DNA from: Coleofasciculus sp. B1-GNL1-01
GTDB lineage: Bacteria > Cyanobacteriota > Cyanobacteriia > Cyanobacteriales > Coleofasciculaceae
Reading direction: 5' to 3' (one strand)
NCBI GenBank assembly: GCA_040220235.1
Contig: JAVJTO010000135.1
DNA: 64,000 bases
The notes under the pieces were generated by a model. That model made no database searches and was not told the origin of the DNA. It saw only the letters and a list, made by a program, of their open reading frames with translations. This document shows positions 61,854 to 64,000 of the stretch, one piece after another (position 1 is the first letter of the stretch; every line of letters begins with the position of its first letter). The translations under genes were made by a program, and so were the position numbers.

Positions 61854-62036
61854 GGGCTTGGTTCCCTTGGTGACCAAGCCCCTACGAATGCCCGGTATAT
61901 AATGGCAAATGCGATCGCACTCCCTCTGCTCCCAGACGTTCCACGCCTTACGTCTCTACAACCCCTTGACGGAGCCTGCGCCCCTAGGCTAAGGGTTAAT
62001 TTGGCTCTGGGAATAATTGTAATTGTATCTGAATCA

Positions 62037-63581
62037 ATGTTTAATCCTTATCGTTATCAACAACAGTTAAATCAACCGTTTTCCTTTGATCATCTCTACT
62101 CTCATCCGGGTTCTCTGGATAGTTATGATTCCCAGGGAATTCGCCAAAGCATTGGTATTATCGGTGGGGGAATTGCTGGACTTACTTGTGCTTATGAATT
62201 GAGTCAACTGGAACACCAGGTTACCCTGTTGGAAGCGTCTGGGCGTTTAGGGGGTCGTATTTATACTCACTATTTCAGTGATAGCACTCATGCCGAATTG
62301 GGCGCCATGAGGGTTCCGGCTAGTCATGGTTGCACCCTCTATTATATGGATAAATTTAAGTTAAAAAGAAGACAATTTGTTAGTTACAATCCCGCCGCTT
62401 ACTATTATTTACGTGGTCAAAAGACTCGCCTTGACAATTATAAATCCCTATTATATAATTACCATTTAACTCTTGAAGAGCAGCAAGACCCAGCGGTAAT
62501 TTACGAAACTATATTAGAGGAGTTAATTGAGTCTTTGTCTAATCAGGAGAAATGGGAGATGTTTTCCCCTAGCTTCACCAGTTCCCGACTAAGAGAATAC
62601 GACAGCCTCTCGGTAACCCAATATTTTCGCGATCGCCTCTCCCCCGATGCCTTTGAATTCGTCGGTCACGCGACAGGGATGATCCATTATAATCAAGTTT
62701 CTCTTTTGAATGGGTTAATTGACTTTTTTGCTTGGCATCGCGTGGAACAATACAAGTTAGTCGGAGGGATGGAAACCCTGGTAAACGCTTTTGCGGAAAG
62801 AATACCAGGGGACATTCAGACTCAAGCCCAGGTAACCGCCATAGAACTAACGGATTCTGGCGTTAAACTCCACTGGAATAGTTTACAGGGTAAACAAAGC
62901 GCCGAGTTTGATTTTGTCATCTGTACGCTTCCGACTACGGCTTTGGCAAAAATCGATTTTGATCCGCCTTTACCTGCTCAACAAAGGGAAGCGATTAACA
63001 GTCTGGGGTATTGTAGCGCCGCGAAAACCTTATTTCACTGTACCGCTCGTCCTTGGGAGTTTGAGGATGGAATCTATGGTGGCGGAAGTTTTACAGATTT
63101 AAATATCGAAAAGTGTTGGTATCCTGATGATAATGCTATCTTGGCAGATAAACAATCAGACAATCCTGACTGGATAGCCTGCGATCGCGAACGTTCCCAC
63201 CAACCGTCTGCGTTTACAGCAGCGTATCGTTGGGAAGGGAATTCACGAAAATTCCGGAGTCTGGAAGAAGGCGATCGCACTGAATTGACGTTACGTGAGG
63301 TTAAGCAACTCCATCCTCAGATTGAGCCATACGTTGATGATATCGTTCACTATATTTGGGATGAAAAGGCTAAACTGGGTTCTGGCTCTTATGCCTTTTT
63401 TGCTCCAGGAGAACATGAGCGATATCAAGGATGGTTGGGTGAATCCTATCCTCACCAGCAACCTCGCGTCTTTTTTGCCGGGGAACATCTGGGCATTAAT
63501 CATGCTTCGGTGCAAGGGGCAATTCAGACAGCAGTTTCAGCAGTTATTGAGCTTCTGGAAACATCTATTCTTAAGTTTTAG
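62037..63581 (+). CDS. Flavin-containing amine oxidase / L-amino acid oxidase family
   Basis: IIGGGIAGL, EASGRLGGR, ELGAMR, FFAGEH...VQGA; ATG 62037 preferred over 61902. Confidence 0.9.
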   Translation: MFNPYRYQQQLNQPFSFDHLYSHPGSLDSYDSQGIRQSIGIIGGGIAGLTCAYELSQLEHQVTLLEASGRLGGRIYTHYFSDSTHAELGAMRVPASHGCTLYYMDKFKLKRRQFVSYNPAAYYYLRGQKTRLDNYKSLLYNYHLTLEEQQDPAVIYETILEELIESLSNQEKWEMFSPSFTSSRLREYDSLSVTQYFRDRLSPDAFEFVGHATGMIHYNQVSLLNGLIDFFAWHRVEQYKLVGGMETLVNAFAERIPGDIQTQAQVTAIELTDSGVKLHWNSLQGKQSAEFDFVICTLPTTALAKIDFDPPLPAQQREAINSLGYCSAAKTLFHCTARPWEFEDGIYGGGSFTDLNIEKCWYPDDNAILADKQSDNPDWIACDRERSHQPSAFTAAYRWEGNSRKFRSLEEGDRTELTLREVKQLHPQIEPYVDDIVHYIWDEKAKLGSGSYAFFAPGEHERYQGWLGESYPHQQPRVFFAGEHLGINHASVQGAIQTAVSAVIELLETSILKF

Positions 63582-63622
63582 CATCTTAGTGTAAAATTAA
63601 GTTGTTGGATAGCCTTTAAAAA

Positions 63623-64000
63623 ATGGGAAATATGAAAAATAATAATAACAAGAATCATCATATAGCAATGTGGGTTGTTCCTAGAAGCCGTTCCACAGCA
63701 ATTACTAGAGCTTTTGAACAGTTGGAGGAATGTGTAATCTATGATGAACCTTTATATGGTGCCTACTTCGTAAATGTTAATGCTGATTATCATTTACTTG
63801 AGGAGCGTATTCTCAAAATTTGGCAGGATAATTTGTCGAAGTATCCTGAAACAAATTATGATAAAATTATCCAAAAAGCAACTGGAAAATTGCCAGATGG
63901 CAAGTCTATTTCTTTTCAAAAGAATATGTCATACTTTATGTTACCAAAATTTGGAAGAAATTGGCTTAAATCAATGAAAAATTTATTTCTGATCAGAGAC
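63623..64000 (+). CDS. Sulfotransferase-like protein, 3' end beyond the window
   Basis: IAMWVVPRSRSTA...F.Q...YDEP.Y...FQKNM...NLFLIRD; frame open to the window end. Confidence 0.75.
   Translation, partial: MGNMKNNNNKNHHIAMWVVPRSRSTAITRAFEQLEECVIYDEPLYGAYFVNVNADYHLLEERILKIWQDNLSKYPETNYDKIIQKATGKLPDGKSISFQKNMSYFMLPKFGRNWLKSMKNLFLIRD

Noticed and set aside
63774..63977. 67-aa ORF in the track
   Set aside because: Out-of-frame shadow of the sulfotransferase-like gene that runs off the window.

Overview
Window from a cyanobacterial chromosome, probably a filamentous form (many HIP1 GCGATCGC octamers, heptamer/9-mer short tandem repeats, XisH/XisI, crtH, purK-linked 6S RNA). Housekeeping genes (mmsA, murG, upp, crtH, purK, suhB, egtD, hisS, tRNA-Gly, 6S RNA) alternate with accessory islands. 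The main observation is an approximately 11 kb co-oriented defence-like locus at 1427-12614. It has a class II DISARM-like core (DrmE-like, DrmA-like SF2 helicase, DrmB/DUF1998, DrmC-like PLD nuclease) but no DNA methyltransferase. It is instead headed by a four-domain protein: excisionase HTH + GNAT acetyltransferase + ABC ATPase + ASCH. This suggests a system that marks self by acylation rather than methylation (inference). Other accessory elements: a DraIII-like R-M system with C protein and C-boxes beside tRNA-Gly; an XRE-HTH/GHMP-kinase fusion divergent from a 61-aa ORF with palindromic operators; a toxin-antitoxin cluster; a sigma-like/DUF1822/CHAT-PstS signalling triad; several pseudogene remnants and MITE-like repeats. 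Family assignments come from motif recognition only; no database searches were run.
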